Shown one piece after another: positions 9,387 to 19,291 of a stretch of DNA of 64,000 nucleotides. The notes under the pieces were generated by a model, which did not search any database, had not been told where the DNA came from, and worked only from the letters and a program-made list of their open reading frames with translations. A program made the translations under genes and the position numbers. Each line of letters starts with the position of its first letter. Position 1 is the stretch's first letter. The DNA comes from Candidatus Heimdallarchaeum aukensis (GTDB lineage Archaea; Asgardarchaeota; Heimdallarchaeia; Heimdallarchaeales; Heimdallarchaeaceae), in assembly GCA_021513695.1 (NCBI GenBank), contig CP084166.1:128001-192000 (forward strand). The letters run 5' to 3'.

Positions 9387-9770
9387 ATGAAAAAAAATGT
9401 AAGAACACAAGCTAGAGATACTTTAGATTTTCTAGGAAGAATGAGAGTTTATTTCTTAAGAGGGCATAATAGTTGGTTTTACCTAGTTTTTTATTTTGTA
9501 AATTTCACATTAATTTTCTACAACCTACTAATAGAAAAACTATATTTTATCCCAGACTGGGTTTCATTCTGGAAATTCGCCTTGCTTTTTATTATTCTTT
9601 ATCCTCCTATTGCAATAATTGTAGGTAGATTCGATTATAGAAAGGGGACATATAAAGGAGAACAAGAAGTTCAATTAGCAGTAAATCCTCTATGGAAAAA
9701 AAATTTCCAGCGTCTAGATGACTTAGAAAGAGAAATTAAAGAGTTAAAGAACTTATTACTTCAAAAATAG
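9387..9770 (+). CDS. Small two-TM membrane protein with C-terminal coiled-coil tail
   Basis: 127-aa ORF with TM segments WFYLVFYFVNFTLIFYNLLI and FALLFIILYPPIAIIVG and the tail LDDLEREIKELKNLLLQK. It sits between the ABC ATPase and the large surface protein on the same strand. Confidence 0.55.
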   Translation: MKKNVRTQARDTLDFLGRMRVYFLRGHNSWFYLVFYFVNFTLIFYNLLIEKLYFIPDWVSFWKFALLFIILYPPIAIIVGRFDYRKGTYKGEQEVQLAVNPLWKKNFQRLDDLEREIKELKNLLLQK

Positions 9771-9818
9771 TTTTTCCTCCCTCAAAAAATATATAATTAA
9801 TGTTCCTTAATATAGGTT

Positions 9819-12758
9819 ATGAAAAAGTCTACACTCTTTTTTCTTCTATCTTTTCTAATTTTAAATATATCAAGTTTAATGTATGGATCATCTAATTCTA
9901 ATGTGAATAAGTATGTTGTTTCTTTAAATAGTAAGAATTTAGATTCTACAGAAGACACAATTTCATACCAAATAGAATCAAGATCTTATTCTCGCTCAAT
10001 TAGGAAAGATACTACAAACTACTATAGTTGGATAGAAAGTAGAAGCCTTTCAAGTGCAAAAGATCTAGCATTCTTCATGCTAGAGCAATTCGATTTTAAC
10101 TCAATACAAGTTACAAATGTTCATGATCTGGCTTTAGTTCACTTTGCAATAGCTTATATTGACCTTTTCTTTGCCACTTACAATCCTGATTATCTTTATA
10201 CAGCTCACTGGATTGTTAATAATAGTCTATTTTTAGATATAAACAAAAATATGATTGCTCTAGATACAAAAACTACCGACTATAAGGTATTTGCCTATGA
10301 TAATCTTTACTTGGTTTTAATGTATGAAAGATTTGCCAAAGCTTATGAAGCAACCTTTGATTTTCTAGTTGCTGATACTTTTTGGACTCTAGCTGATAAT
10401 TTGATGAACAATATTACAACTATTTTTTATGATGAAACTAATCACATTATCAAAGAATATGCTTTTATTTCAAGTACTGATTGGTCTGTTATTAATTCAT
10501 CTAGTTACACAACAGCAGAAATAGCTGGATTATACTCCATGGCTTCTCATGGTCTTAAGGATCCTACAAGCTACCATTCTCAAAGTTATGATGTAATTAA
10601 ATACTATTTCAACAACTATATTCAATATGTGAATCTAGGCGAAGGGTTCGATCGTTGGGCACCACTTAAAGGAACAAATCCGGCGATTAATGATACTCTC
10701 GCATTTACTGGAAGTGTTTTCTTGTCTTCTGCATACTTCTATGAAAGTAAGTACTTAAAGAGTCAAGGAAATACAACTTATGAAGATTTATTCTTTGTAT
10801 ATGGACAATGGTTGTTAGAGGATGCTCTAGCTATATTTTATAATTCAGAATACAATTTGCCGGTGTCAACGTATAACATTACTTCTAGCACTAAAGGAAC
10901 TATTATTTCAGCGTTTGATAGTACATTAGCTGCATTAGCTCTTAGAGAGTTTAATAGATACCATCTAGAGAAATATGGTTTTTCTCCAGGTGAACTTGCT
11001 ATTTCCATAATTACTACAACACAGGGTGTTTTCAAGACAGCTAATTTTTACGATCCTGGATTATCTACAGATCAAGGAATTTTTTCCTATAAAATAGATG
11101 AATATAGGAAAAACCCCTTTGTTATCAATTCAATGGCAATTTCAATGGAATTAAAGAAATATGCGTTAGCAGCTGATTTATCTGTTCCTGAATTTATTTA
11201 TACTAATGAAACTGTTGACATTTTCTGGACTATTTTCTGGAGTGAGAGCACAAATATCTTTAGTTACTCTAATGCCTCTTTTGCTACAAGTTTTGATTTT
11301 ACAATAGACAGTGTTCTTAATTTCACAGCTAACGATACTATAATAATAAATACATTTTCCATTGACGCTGTCCAAGTTACAGAACCCACTAGTTTCTATG
11401 TAAACACTACAGTAAGTGAAGGAGGAGATTACTACCCGAGATTCACCATTTCTATAGGTGAAACAACTGTAATTGATCATGAAAGTAGCATTTACGTTTT
11501 AAGAGAATTAAGGGTATACACTGATCCATCTAGGATTCAAGCGACTCAAGGGGTTGATGAATATTTAGAATTCTCTATCTTATGTGAAGATGAAAAAGGT
11601 ATTTCAGTACCAAAAGTTTCTTTATCTCTAACTTGGCTCGGTAATACTACTAATGTAATTTCAAACAATGCTGGTTCATATGATTTTAAAATGTCAGTGA
11701 AAGATATTTTAGCTCTACCAGAATTTACAAACAATCCTGATGAAAATCCAAGATTTGATTTCGAAATATATGCAACTAAAGATGGGTTCGTTGAATTTTG
11801 GTTAATTAAAACCATAACAATAAGAAGAAATGCTCTTATTCTTGAACTCTCACAAGATTTAGCTGTGAAAAGAGGAAATGATTTGACACTAACTATAGGC
11901 GTACAACCTCAAATACAAACATTAGTTCTTAATCCTAAAGCTTCAATCTATCTGAACGGTGAAGATATTTCAAATGAAGTTTCTCAAAGTATGGACCCAA
12001 GATTTGCTCCGAAGTTAATGCCTATTCCTCTTCCAGCTCAAATAACTTTACCAACAAAAGATTTGAAAGAAAATGCTAATTTAGTTATTGAGATAACAAG
12101 TAATAACTTTCCAACAGAACGTTTTGAGTATGAGATCGAAATAATACCGTTAAACACTTTTGAAGCTATTTATCAATGGTTATCTGACGTGTTCTCATCA
12201 ACTCTAGGGAAAATACTAGGTTCTCTCAGTGTTATTTGGGCAGTTCTGTGGAAACAATTCTCTCTCTATGTTCTACACATTATTAAACGCTGTCCCTATT
12301 GTGGTGAAACAGTGAAAAGAAGATATTCAACTTGTAGATATTGTGGAAACATAATTGATAGGTCAAAGTATGTTCAAACAAAAATGAAATTTTTACCTGA
12401 AGATACAGAGCATGATCATAATCCAAAAAACAATTTTAATCTTGATAAAAATCCAAGTCCAAAAGAAAATCTTAAGTCAAAAGATTCAGGTTTAACTTCA
12501 ATTCCTTTCGATGAGAACACTTATACAGAGCCTAAGTCTCCTTCTGAAGATACTTATACAGAGCCTAAGTCTCCTTCTGAAGATACTTATACAGAGCCTA
12601 AGTCTCCTTCTGAAGATACTTATACAGAGCCTAAGTCTCCTTCTGAAGATACTTATACAGAACCTGAGCCTTCTTCTGAAGATGCTTATACAGAACCTGA
12701 GCCTTCTTCTGAAGATACTTATACAGATTCAGAAAAAGATGAAAGCAATTGGTTTTAG
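9819..12758 (+). CDS. Large secreted/surface protein with C-terminal TM anchor, cytosolic zinc ribbon and repeat tail
   Basis: Signal peptide MKKSTLFFLLSFLILNISSLMYG and a ~800-aa ectodomain with many N-x-S/T sequons. TM segment ILGSLSVIWAVLWKQFSLYVLHII is followed by CPYCGETVKRRYSTCRYCGN (CxxC-x10-CxxC) and then 11-aa repeats TYTEPKSPSED. Confidence 0.75.
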   Translation: MKKSTLFFLLSFLILNISSLMYGSSNSNVNKYVVSLNSKNLDSTEDTISYQIESRSYSRSIRKDTTNYYSWIESRSLSSAKDLAFFMLEQFDFNSIQVTNVHDLALVHFAIAYIDLFFATYNPDYLYTAHWIVNNSLFLDINKNMIALDTKTTDYKVFAYDNLYLVLMYERFAKAYEATFDFLVADTFWTLADNLMNNITTIFYDETNHIIKEYAFISSTDWSVINSSSYTTAEIAGLYSMASHGLKDPTSYHSQSYDVIKYYFNNYIQYVNLGEGFDRWAPLKGTNPAINDTLAFTGSVFLSSAYFYESKYLKSQGNTTYEDLFFVYGQWLLEDALAIFYNSEYNLPVSTYNITSSTKGTIISAFDSTLAALALREFNRYHLEKYGFSPGELAISIITTTQGVFKTANFYDPGLSTDQGIFSYKIDEYRKNPFVINSMAISMELKKYALAADLSVPEFIYTNETVDIFWTIFWSESTNIFSYSNASFATSFDFTIDSVLNFTANDTIIINTFSIDAVQVTEPTSFYVNTTVSEGGDYYPRFTISIGETTVIDHESSIYVLRELRVYTDPSRIQATQGVDEYLEFSILCEDEKGISVPKVSLSLTWLGNTTNVISNNAGSYDFKMSVKDILALPEFTNNPDENPRFDFEIYATKDGFVEFWLIKTITIRRNALILELSQDLAVKRGNDLTLTIGVQPQIQTLVLNPKASIYLNGEDISNEVSQSMDPRFAPKLMPIPLPAQITLPTKDLKENANLVIEITSNNFPTERFEYEIEIIPLNTFEAIYQWLSDVFSSTLGKILGSLSVIWAVLWKQFSLYVLHIIKRCPYCGETVKRRYSTCRYCGNIIDRSKYVQTKMKFLPEDTEHDHNPKNNFNLDKNPSPKENLKSKDSGLTSIPFDENTYTEPKSPSEDTYTEPKSPSEDTYTEPKSPSEDTYTEPKSPSEDTYTEPEPSSEDAYTEPEPSSEDTYTDSEKDESNWF
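12519..12727 (+). repeat. In-frame 33-nt tandem repeat (6 full units plus a partial unit)
   Basis: The unit acttatacagagcctaagtctccttctgaagat starts at 12519, 12552, 12585 and 12618 (four perfect copies). Variant units (gaacctgagccttct) start at 12651 and 12684, and a partial unit starts at 12717. It encodes TYTEPKSPSED / (T/A)YTEPEPSSED. Confidence 0.9.
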
Positions 12759-12772
12759 TTTAAGATTAAAAT

Positions 12773-14098
12773 TTACTCAAAACTTTCAATTATTCCTTTT
12801 TTTATTATTTCATTTTTACATTCTTCAGGACAGATAAGTAGGCTATTATGTTTTGGTTTAGATAGACTTTGAACCACTTCTGATACTTCTGAAAGCTGTT
12901 TAACTGTTCCATCTTTCATTTTAACTAAAATTGCATTTCTATTTTTTTCTTCATATGGAGTATAGTATCTTGAATAAAAACTATCAATTCCCCAAAATTC
13001 TTTAGGATAATTAAATTTTTCAATTATTCTATCTATCTCATCGCTGTTTTTAAGCAATTTATTTGCAGTTTCTTTAGTAATTGGTATACTCTTAAACAAT
13101 TTTCTTCTTAACAATCTTTTTGCAAGATCTTCTAGAACTTTATTTTCTTCCTCTTTCAGTGCTGATAACTGAATTTGCGTATAAATTGTATCATCGGTTA
13201 AAGGTAACATTGTTTTCCAATACGGATTTTTAATGAAATTTTCAAGAAAAGGTAGTAGTACAATCTCAATTCCTTCTTCTTCACTTCTTATTAGTTCATA
13301 AATAAATGTTTTAACCATGAATTCCCAACATCTAACAGTTTTATGAAAATAAACTCTCGCAAATTGCATGTATCTAGCAACAACAATTTGTTCAACAGAT
13401 TGTAATCCTTTCTCTTTAATAATAATATTTCCATCATTAGAGATATTTAGCATAGCAATAAGCCTATCAATGTTGTATAAACCATAAGAAACGCCTGTTT
13501 CTAATGAATCTCGCATCAGATAGTCAATACTATCTCCATCAAGTTGAGATGCAATTATCTGGTTTAGAAAAGGTTTCCCTTCTATTTCTTTTCCAATAAT
13601 CAAGTGGGCAATTTTTCGTTTATTAAATCCTTTTTCTTTTAATATCTTTCCAATCTCAGATTCGTCAGATAGAACTATCTGTTCTGTAATGTTTTCATGT
13701 TTTTGGAATGGTTTAAACTTTTTAACGTTTTTTTCATTTTTGCAGAATTTAGTAAATATATCTTCAAACATGTGACTAAAAGGACCATGACCTATATCAT
13801 GAATCAAGGAAGCTATTCTAACATAATCAACATCTTCCTCTGAAACTATATCAGAGTGTTTATGTTTTAGTGATGTGATCATCCTGTTAGCTATATGAAA
13901 AGCTCCTAAACTATGTGCAAATCTACTGTGAGTGGCAGAAGGATATGAAATTTGTACTCCACCTAGTTGTCCTAATCTTCTTAACCTCTGAAACTCTGAA
14001 GTGTCTATTAAGTTTAAATAAAATTTATCAGGAATAGAGATATATTTATGGACTGAATCAGCGATTTGAACGATTTTACTATTCGTGTTAAAACTCAT
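12773..14098 (-). CDS. HD-domain phosphohydrolase (SAMHD1/dGTPase-like, COG1078 type)
   Basis: RFAHSLGAFHIA ... ASLIHDIGHGPFSH gives the H...HD...D metal-binding signature. The 441-aa length is typical of archaeal HD phosphohydrolases. Confidence 0.85.
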   Translation of the reverse strand: MSFNTNSKIVQIADSVHKYISIPDKFYLNLIDTSEFQRLRRLGQLGGVQISYPSATHSRFAHSLGAFHIANRMITSLKHKHSDIVSEEDVDYVRIASLIHDIGHGPFSHMFEDIFTKFCKNEKNVKKFKPFQKHENITEQIVLSDESEIGKILKEKGFNKRKIAHLIIGKEIEGKPFLNQIIASQLDGDSIDYLMRDSLETGVSYGLYNIDRLIAMLNISNDGNIIIKEKGLQSVEQIVVARYMQFARVYFHKTVRCWEFMVKTFIYELIRSEEEGIEIVLLPFLENFIKNPYWKTMLPLTDDTIYTQIQLSALKEEENKVLEDLAKRLLRRKLFKSIPITKETANKLLKNSDEIDRIIEKFNYPKEFWGIDSFYSRYYTPYEEKNRNAILVKMKDGTVKQLSEVSEVVQSLSKPKHNSLLICPEECKNEIIKKGIIESFE

Positions 14099-14192
14099 TA
14101 TTTTACAATTTTTAAAGAACTAAAAAACATTTGTTTTTTTACTAATTTCATTTGAAAAATTTAATATATCTTTAGCCAATGTTCTCTTCAAG

Positions 14193-15518
14193 ATGAATAT
14201 TGCAGTAATAGGAACAGGTTATGTAGGACTGGTAACTGGAACTTGTTTTGCATCAAAGGGGCATAAAGTCACTTGTGTAGATGTTATTCCAGAGAAAGTG
14301 GAAAAAATCAATAAAGGGATACCACCTATTTATGAAAAAGATTTAGACAGAATGTTGAAAGAAGTTGTAGAAGAAGGTTACTTAAAAGCTACTCTAGATT
14401 TATCTGAAGCTGTAGCCAACTCTGAGATAATTTACATTTGTGTTGGAACACCTTCTCTTCCTGATGGTTCAATGGACTATACCTATGTGAGAGAAGCTGC
14501 AAAAGGTATAGCCCAAGAACTAAAAAAAAGTGAAGAATTCAAGGTAATTGTAGTTAAAAGTACTTGTGTTCCGGGAACTACTGATGAAATAGGTAAAACA
14601 ATAATTGAAAAAGAGAGTGGAAAAAAACTTAATATAGACTTCGGATTAGGAATGAATCCTGAATTTTTAAGAGAAGGAGTAGCTATAAATGATTTCCTTT
14701 ATCCTGATAGAATAGTTATTGGGGGATCAAATAGAGAAACACAAAATACAATCGCTAAATGTTATGAGGGATTTGATGCTCCTATTCTGTTTACAGATAA
14801 TACAGCAGCAGAAATGATAAAATATGCGTCAAACTCATTTTTAGCAATGAAAATCTCGTTTATTAACGAAATGGCCAATTTAGCAGAGAAATTTGGAGTA
14901 GATATTGTTGATGTAGCTAAAGGAGTTGGAATGGATCATAGAATATCAGACAAATTTTTGCGCGCAGGGGCAGGGTTCGGAGGAAGTTGTTTTCCAAAGG
15001 ATGTTAGTGCACTATATGTTAAATCAAAAGAACTAAAACAACCTTCGATGTTGTTAGAAGCAACTCTAGCGGTAAATAAAAAACAGCCACTTAGACTTGT
15101 AGATTTGCTTAAAAAAGGTCTAGAAACTGAAGAAATCAAAGGTAAAACAATAGGACTTTTAGGTTTAGCTTTTAAACCTGATACTGATGATATGAGAGAA
15201 GCTCCTTCTTTAATTCTAATAAATAAATTATTAGAAGAAGGTGCAACAATAAAAGCAACAGATCCTATAGCCCTAGAGAACGCCAAAAAAGAAATTACAC
15301 ATGAAAAATTAATTTACTGTGAAAATGTAGAGGATGCTGTTAAAGAGACAGATGCAGTTATTTTGATCACAGAATGGAAAGAATTCAGGGATCTGAATGC
15401 AGAATTCTTTATCGAAAATATGGAAAATCCAATAATTATTGATGGAAGAAGAGCATTTGACTATAGACAATTTAGAGAAAAAGGAATAAAGATCCTAGCC
15501 ATAGGTCTGGGTAAATAA
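14193..15518 (+). CDS. ugd: UDP-glucose 6-dehydrogenase (nucleotide-sugar dehydrogenase family)
   Basis: MNIAVIGTGYVGLVTGTCFA (NAD-binding), catalytic-Cys motif GFGGSCFPKD and C-terminal LGLAFKPDTDDMREAP. Confidence 0.9.
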   Translation: MNIAVIGTGYVGLVTGTCFASKGHKVTCVDVIPEKVEKINKGIPPIYEKDLDRMLKEVVEEGYLKATLDLSEAVANSEIIYICVGTPSLPDGSMDYTYVREAAKGIAQELKKSEEFKVIVVKSTCVPGTTDEIGKTIIEKESGKKLNIDFGLGMNPEFLREGVAINDFLYPDRIVIGGSNRETQNTIAKCYEGFDAPILFTDNTAAEMIKYASNSFLAMKISFINEMANLAEKFGVDIVDVAKGVGMDHRISDKFLRAGAGFGGSCFPKDVSALYVKSKELKQPSMLLEATLAVNKKQPLRLVDLLKKGLETEEIKGKTIGLLGLAFKPDTDDMREAPSLILINKLLEEGATIKATDPIALENAKKEITHEKLIYCENVEDAVKETDAVILITEWKEFRDLNAEFFIENMENPIIIDGRRAFDYRQFREKGIKILAIGLGK

Positions 15519-15519
15519 C

Positions 15520-15537
15520 TTTTATTTTTTTTAGTTT
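15520..15537 (+). terminator. T-rich spacer between convergent genes (candidate terminator)
   Basis: A T8 run at 15525-15532 lies directly after the ugd stop (15516-15518). Only 19 nt separate it from the convergent gene end at 15538. Confidence 0.3.
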
Positions 15538-16911
15538 TTATGTTTCATCTTCAGCGACTGTATCTTGAACAACTGTAGCATCTAAATCTTCTTCAAATGC
15601 GTGTAAATATTTCTCCTTTTCAAAGAAGAATTTATCTCCGTGTAAAGGTTCAAGTTGATCTATCCAAGTTGCTTTCTCATTGAACTTAGCAAAGAAAGGT
15701 TTGCCTACCCATTCAGGGTTCCGAGCTTGAATGAATCTTAAAACAAAAATATCTTTATCATTATCCAGTTTATTTACGCCCAAGACATGTATTTTACCGT
15801 ATAAAGAACTCATTACAGGTCCTCTAACTGTTCGTGATAGACCAGAAACTGAACTGTAAGCTTTTATGTAAATTTTCCATGCATCAGATAATGAAACTTC
15901 AAAGAAGTGTCTTGCACCTGTGTCTCTAGCTATAAACATATAATAAGGAATCATTCCTAAATTGACCTGTTTAAACCACATTTCAGACCATACTTCTGGA
16001 GAATCGTTGATATGTTTAAGAATTGGTGATTGAGTTCTTATTACAGCACCAGTCTTTAAAATTCTCTTTATTGCTTCTTTAACAGCTTCTGTTTTCAGTT
16101 CGTTTGGATGGTTGAAATGAGCCATAAAAGCTAAATGTTTTTTATTTTCAACTATCTCAGAAAATAGCTCCAGAATGTCTTCATGGTCTTTGTCACTTAA
16201 ATATCTATAAGGCCAGTAACTTAATGTTTTGGAACCTATTCTTATACGTTTAAGATGTTTAATATCAGCTTCTAGAATTGGGTCAATGTACCTACGTAAA
16301 ACACTTGCTTGCATTATCATAGGGTCTCCACCGGTAATAAGGAGATCTTGAACTTCTTGGTGCATTTGTAAATAATCCACAAGCTTATCAGGATTCCTTA
16401 AACTCATCTTCCACTCTTTTTCTTTAATAAATTGAGGCCATCGGAAGCAAAAAGTACAGTAAGCATGACATGTTTGACCTTGAATAGGAAAAACTAAAGC
16501 TGTTTCTCTGTATTTATGTTGAATACCTTCAACAATTTCTCCTTGAAATTTAGGAATATTGTATTCAAGCTGTCCTGCTGGATGAGGATTTAGTTGCAAA
16601 TGTATTTGATGTATATAGTGAAAAAGTTCTTTTTTGTCTCCTTTCTGATAAATTTCCTTTAGGTTATCAAACTCATTATGAGGTAGCATCTTTTTATGAG
16701 GGAAATTTAGCAAGAAAATAGGATCTGATTTATAATATTCCCAGTCGATCAGTTCTTCCATAACATAATTATTGGTTTTAAAAGGAAAAACTAATGAAAG
16801 AAGTTTAATCTCTTCTATAACTTCTTTAGGAAGATTATTCTCTTCTGCTATTTTTTCTATATCTTTTCTCAAATATGCTTTATACCTTTTTTGAAACTCC
16901 ATTAAATTCAC
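15538..16911 (-). CDS. KamA-family radical SAM protein (lysine 2,3-aminomutase-like)
   Basis: Radical SAM cluster CHAYCTFCFRWPQF (CxxxCxxC), GGDPMIM, and overall KamA-like length and order (YRETALVFPIQGQTC...). Confidence 0.8.
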   Translation of the reverse strand: MNLMEFQKRYKAYLRKDIEKIAEENNLPKEVIEEIKLLSLVFPFKTNNYVMEELIDWEYYKSDPIFLLNFPHKKMLPHNEFDNLKEIYQKGDKKELFHYIHQIHLQLNPHPAGQLEYNIPKFQGEIVEGIQHKYRETALVFPIQGQTCHAYCTFCFRWPQFIKEKEWKMSLRNPDKLVDYLQMHQEVQDLLITGGDPMIMQASVLRRYIDPILEADIKHLKRIRIGSKTLSYWPYRYLSDKDHEDILELFSEIVENKKHLAFMAHFNHPNELKTEAVKEAIKRILKTGAVIRTQSPILKHINDSPEVWSEMWFKQVNLGMIPYYMFIARDTGARHFFEVSLSDAWKIYIKAYSSVSGLSRTVRGPVMSSLYGKIHVLGVNKLDNDKDIFVLRFIQARNPEWVGKPFFAKFNEKATWIDQLEPLHGDKFFFEKEKYLHAFEEDLDATVVQDTVAEDET

Positions 16912-17112
16912 CTACAAACAACAATGTGAGGAATTAACAATTAGAAATTAAACTAAAAGCATTAAATGGCCCTCTCAAGATTGTTTACTTCTCATTACTT
17001 AAATAATTTATCATAGAAATCTTAATAAATAATTAAAGTCCTTTTTATAATTATAAATCCATAAAAAAAAACATTGTTGTCTATTGAAAAATTAGTGGGG
17101 TTAATGGATTAT

Positions 17113-19200
17113 TTAAACACTCATTGTGAGGGTTTCATTAAATTGAGGGACAACTAGATCTTTGTGTTTAATAGTAATATTCTCTGGAGTATGAACCATT
17201 ATTTTCTTCCCATTAAGTTCTGAAATAAACTTATCCAAATTTCTAGGAGTAGTGTGTCCACTTATTTGTAGATTGTAAATTTGCTGAGAGTATTGATTTA
17301 AAGCTACAGGATGATTTGTTTTTAATGAGTAGCCTAAAGTTTCAGGGGCTTGATAACCACAGATTATTACTCCAACATCATCATTATCTCTTGTTTCATC
17401 TAAGAGCAATCTAGAGGTTCCTCCTTGAAGCATTCCATTTCCTGCAATTACAATATCTCCATCTTCAAATTCGTCAGCGTTCATACTTTTTAGTAATGTA
17501 TGATCTCCTGAAATACCCATTAATTTTGTTATTTCACTAGCTAACCCAACAATTTTTACATTGTGTTCTTTTGTTAAACGTAGTTTTTCTAAAAGTGTAT
17601 ACATTTCCTGTGCTCTTCCAACAGAAAAAGCTGGGATAATTACCTTTTTATTCTGTTTAACGGCATTTAAAACAGTTGTTTCATTATCAACCTTTTTTAG
17701 ATTTCTATTATAGTATGTTCCATCAAAAATGGTTACATCGGCATCGGTAGGAAATTCAGCTCCTTTGAAAAGATAACTTTTTTCTACTTTAAAATCTCCA
17801 GTAAACAAAATTCTCTTTCCGAATATTTCAATTAAATATCCATAACTTCCAAATACATGAGAAGAAGGAATAGGAGTAATTAAGAACTCAGGAGAAATCT
17901 CTATAGATTTTTTAGGTTTAAGTGGATTAAATCTATTAAAGAAATGAATTAATGTTGATTCACTTTTTATTGCTTTTAGGTATGGTGATAATAACTTTTC
18001 ATCAGGTATTCCTTTTAACATTGTTGAAGTGTTGAAAAGTAACTTTTCTCCTATTACTTTTGTATTTACACTTCCATACCATCTTTTTTCTTCATCAATA
18101 TTTACTAAATAAGGTAGAGCTCCAATATGATCTAAATGAGCATGGGTCACAAGTATTGCTTTCACAGTTCTCAAAGAAGGATGCCATCGAGGAATAGAAT
18201 AGTTGCTAACACTCATCCCATAATCTAGTAAAATGGCATCGTTATTATGTTGAATAAGTATAGCCATATTTCCAATTCCTCCACCACCTAAAAATGTAAT
18301 TCGTACTTTTTGGGCTAGTTTATGGCAAGAATAAGCTTTTTTCGAAGCAAATTCTTTAATTAACTTTGGAGGAGTATTTGCTAATTCTTCTAATTTTACT
18401 ATTCTAGGTTCTACTTTTTCTCTTATTTTCTCAAAGAATGGTTTGTATGTAATGGGGACAATTGGGTATTTACTTTTATTTAAAAGATTTTCAATCTTTT
18501 TTTGAACTTCTGGAATTGATGTTTTTTTATCCAGAGAAAGTTCTGAAATAATAAATTCACTATATCTTAAATCTAGTTCAGATAGTAGCTTATAATCTAT
18601 AAAAAAATCTAGAAATTCTAGCACTTCTGTAGGAAAATTTGGAATAAATTCTTCTAAATAGTTAGATTTTTCTTGTAATAGCTTAACCATTTTTTCTAAT
18701 TTTTCTGCTAATTCCTGAGTTTTTTGGTTGATGGTAAATGGTACGTTTAGTTTTTCTAAAATAGCGATGAATTCTGAAAAAGATCTAGGTTTTATACCCA
18801 TATCTCTACAAAAGTTTAGATACTGAAAGTAATCAATCTCTCTTTTTTTTACTTTCTTGGTTGAATAAATTAGAAAGAACAATATTATATTTTCATGTTT
18901 CAGACTATCTGTAAGCTGTAAATGTTGAAAAACCTCCTTTACAAGTTTAATATCGATTAAATCCTTTGCATACAAAGTAAATAAAACAGCAAGAAATTGT
19001 TCTCTTTGTTCTATGTCAATAGGTGTATTCCATGAAAGATTGAAGATATCTCCTATTGTTTTTGGGATTTCTTCAATTTCTCCTTTTTCTAGTATTCTAC
19101 TAAAATGTTTAACTTGCGTAATTAACTCTTCTTCTATTTGGGGTTCCTTTTCACCATTTAACAAAAATTCAATAATATTTTTTCCTGCTTGAATACTCAT
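17113..19200 (-). CDS. Metallo-beta-lactamase / beta-CASP family nuclease with a ~290-aa uncharacterised N-terminal domain
   Basis: MBL motif VTHAHLDHIGALPYL (HxHxDH), FDGTYYNR (EsTy-like) and C-terminal ISGHTTPRNLDKFISEL (beta-CASP SGHA-like). I could not see KH GxxG motifs in the N-terminal region. Confidence 0.75.
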   Translation of the reverse strand: MSIQAGKNIIEFLLNGEKEPQIEEELITQVKHFSRILEKGEIEEIPKTIGDIFNLSWNTPIDIEQREQFLAVLFTLYAKDLIDIKLVKEVFQHLQLTDSLKHENIILFFLIYSTKKVKKREIDYFQYLNFCRDMGIKPRSFSEFIAILEKLNVPFTINQKTQELAEKLEKMVKLLQEKSNYLEEFIPNFPTEVLEFLDFFIDYKLLSELDLRYSEFIISELSLDKKTSIPEVQKKIENLLNKSKYPIVPITYKPFFEKIREKVEPRIVKLEELANTPPKLIKEFASKKAYSCHKLAQKVRITFLGGGGIGNMAILIQHNNDAILLDYGMSVSNYSIPRWHPSLRTVKAILVTHAHLDHIGALPYLVNIDEEKRWYGSVNTKVIGEKLLFNTSTMLKGIPDEKLLSPYLKAIKSESTLIHFFNRFNPLKPKKSIEISPEFLITPIPSSHVFGSYGYLIEIFGKRILFTGDFKVEKSYLFKGAEFPTDADVTIFDGTYYNRNLKKVDNETTVLNAVKQNKKVIIPAFSVGRAQEMYTLLEKLRLTKEHNVKIVGLASEITKLMGISGDHTLLKSMNADEFEDGDIVIAGNGMLQGGTSRLLLDETRDNDDVGVIICGYQAPETLGYSLKTNHPVALNQYSQQIYNLQISGHTTPRNLDKFISELNGKKIMVHTPENITIKHKDLVVPQFNETLTMSV

Positions 19201-19291
19201 TTTTCTATCACATAAGTTGGAAATTAATTAAAGTCAAAGATAATATAGACACATAGCTAATAATAAAAGGAAATGAAGAGTAAGAAAATAA

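Noticed and set aside
12519-12727. Possible CRISPR array (regular 33-nt periodicity)
   Set aside because: The units are contiguous with no spacers, are in frame within a long ORF, and encode an 11-aa peptide repeat. No cas genes are nearby.
12511-12837. 108-aa + strand ORF (MRTLIQSLSLLLKILIQSLSLLLK...)
   Set aside because: It is simply another reading frame of the 33-nt tandem repeat within the 9819-12758 gene. Its periodic Leu/Ile sequence is a repeat artefact, and it runs across the real stop into the convergent HD gene.
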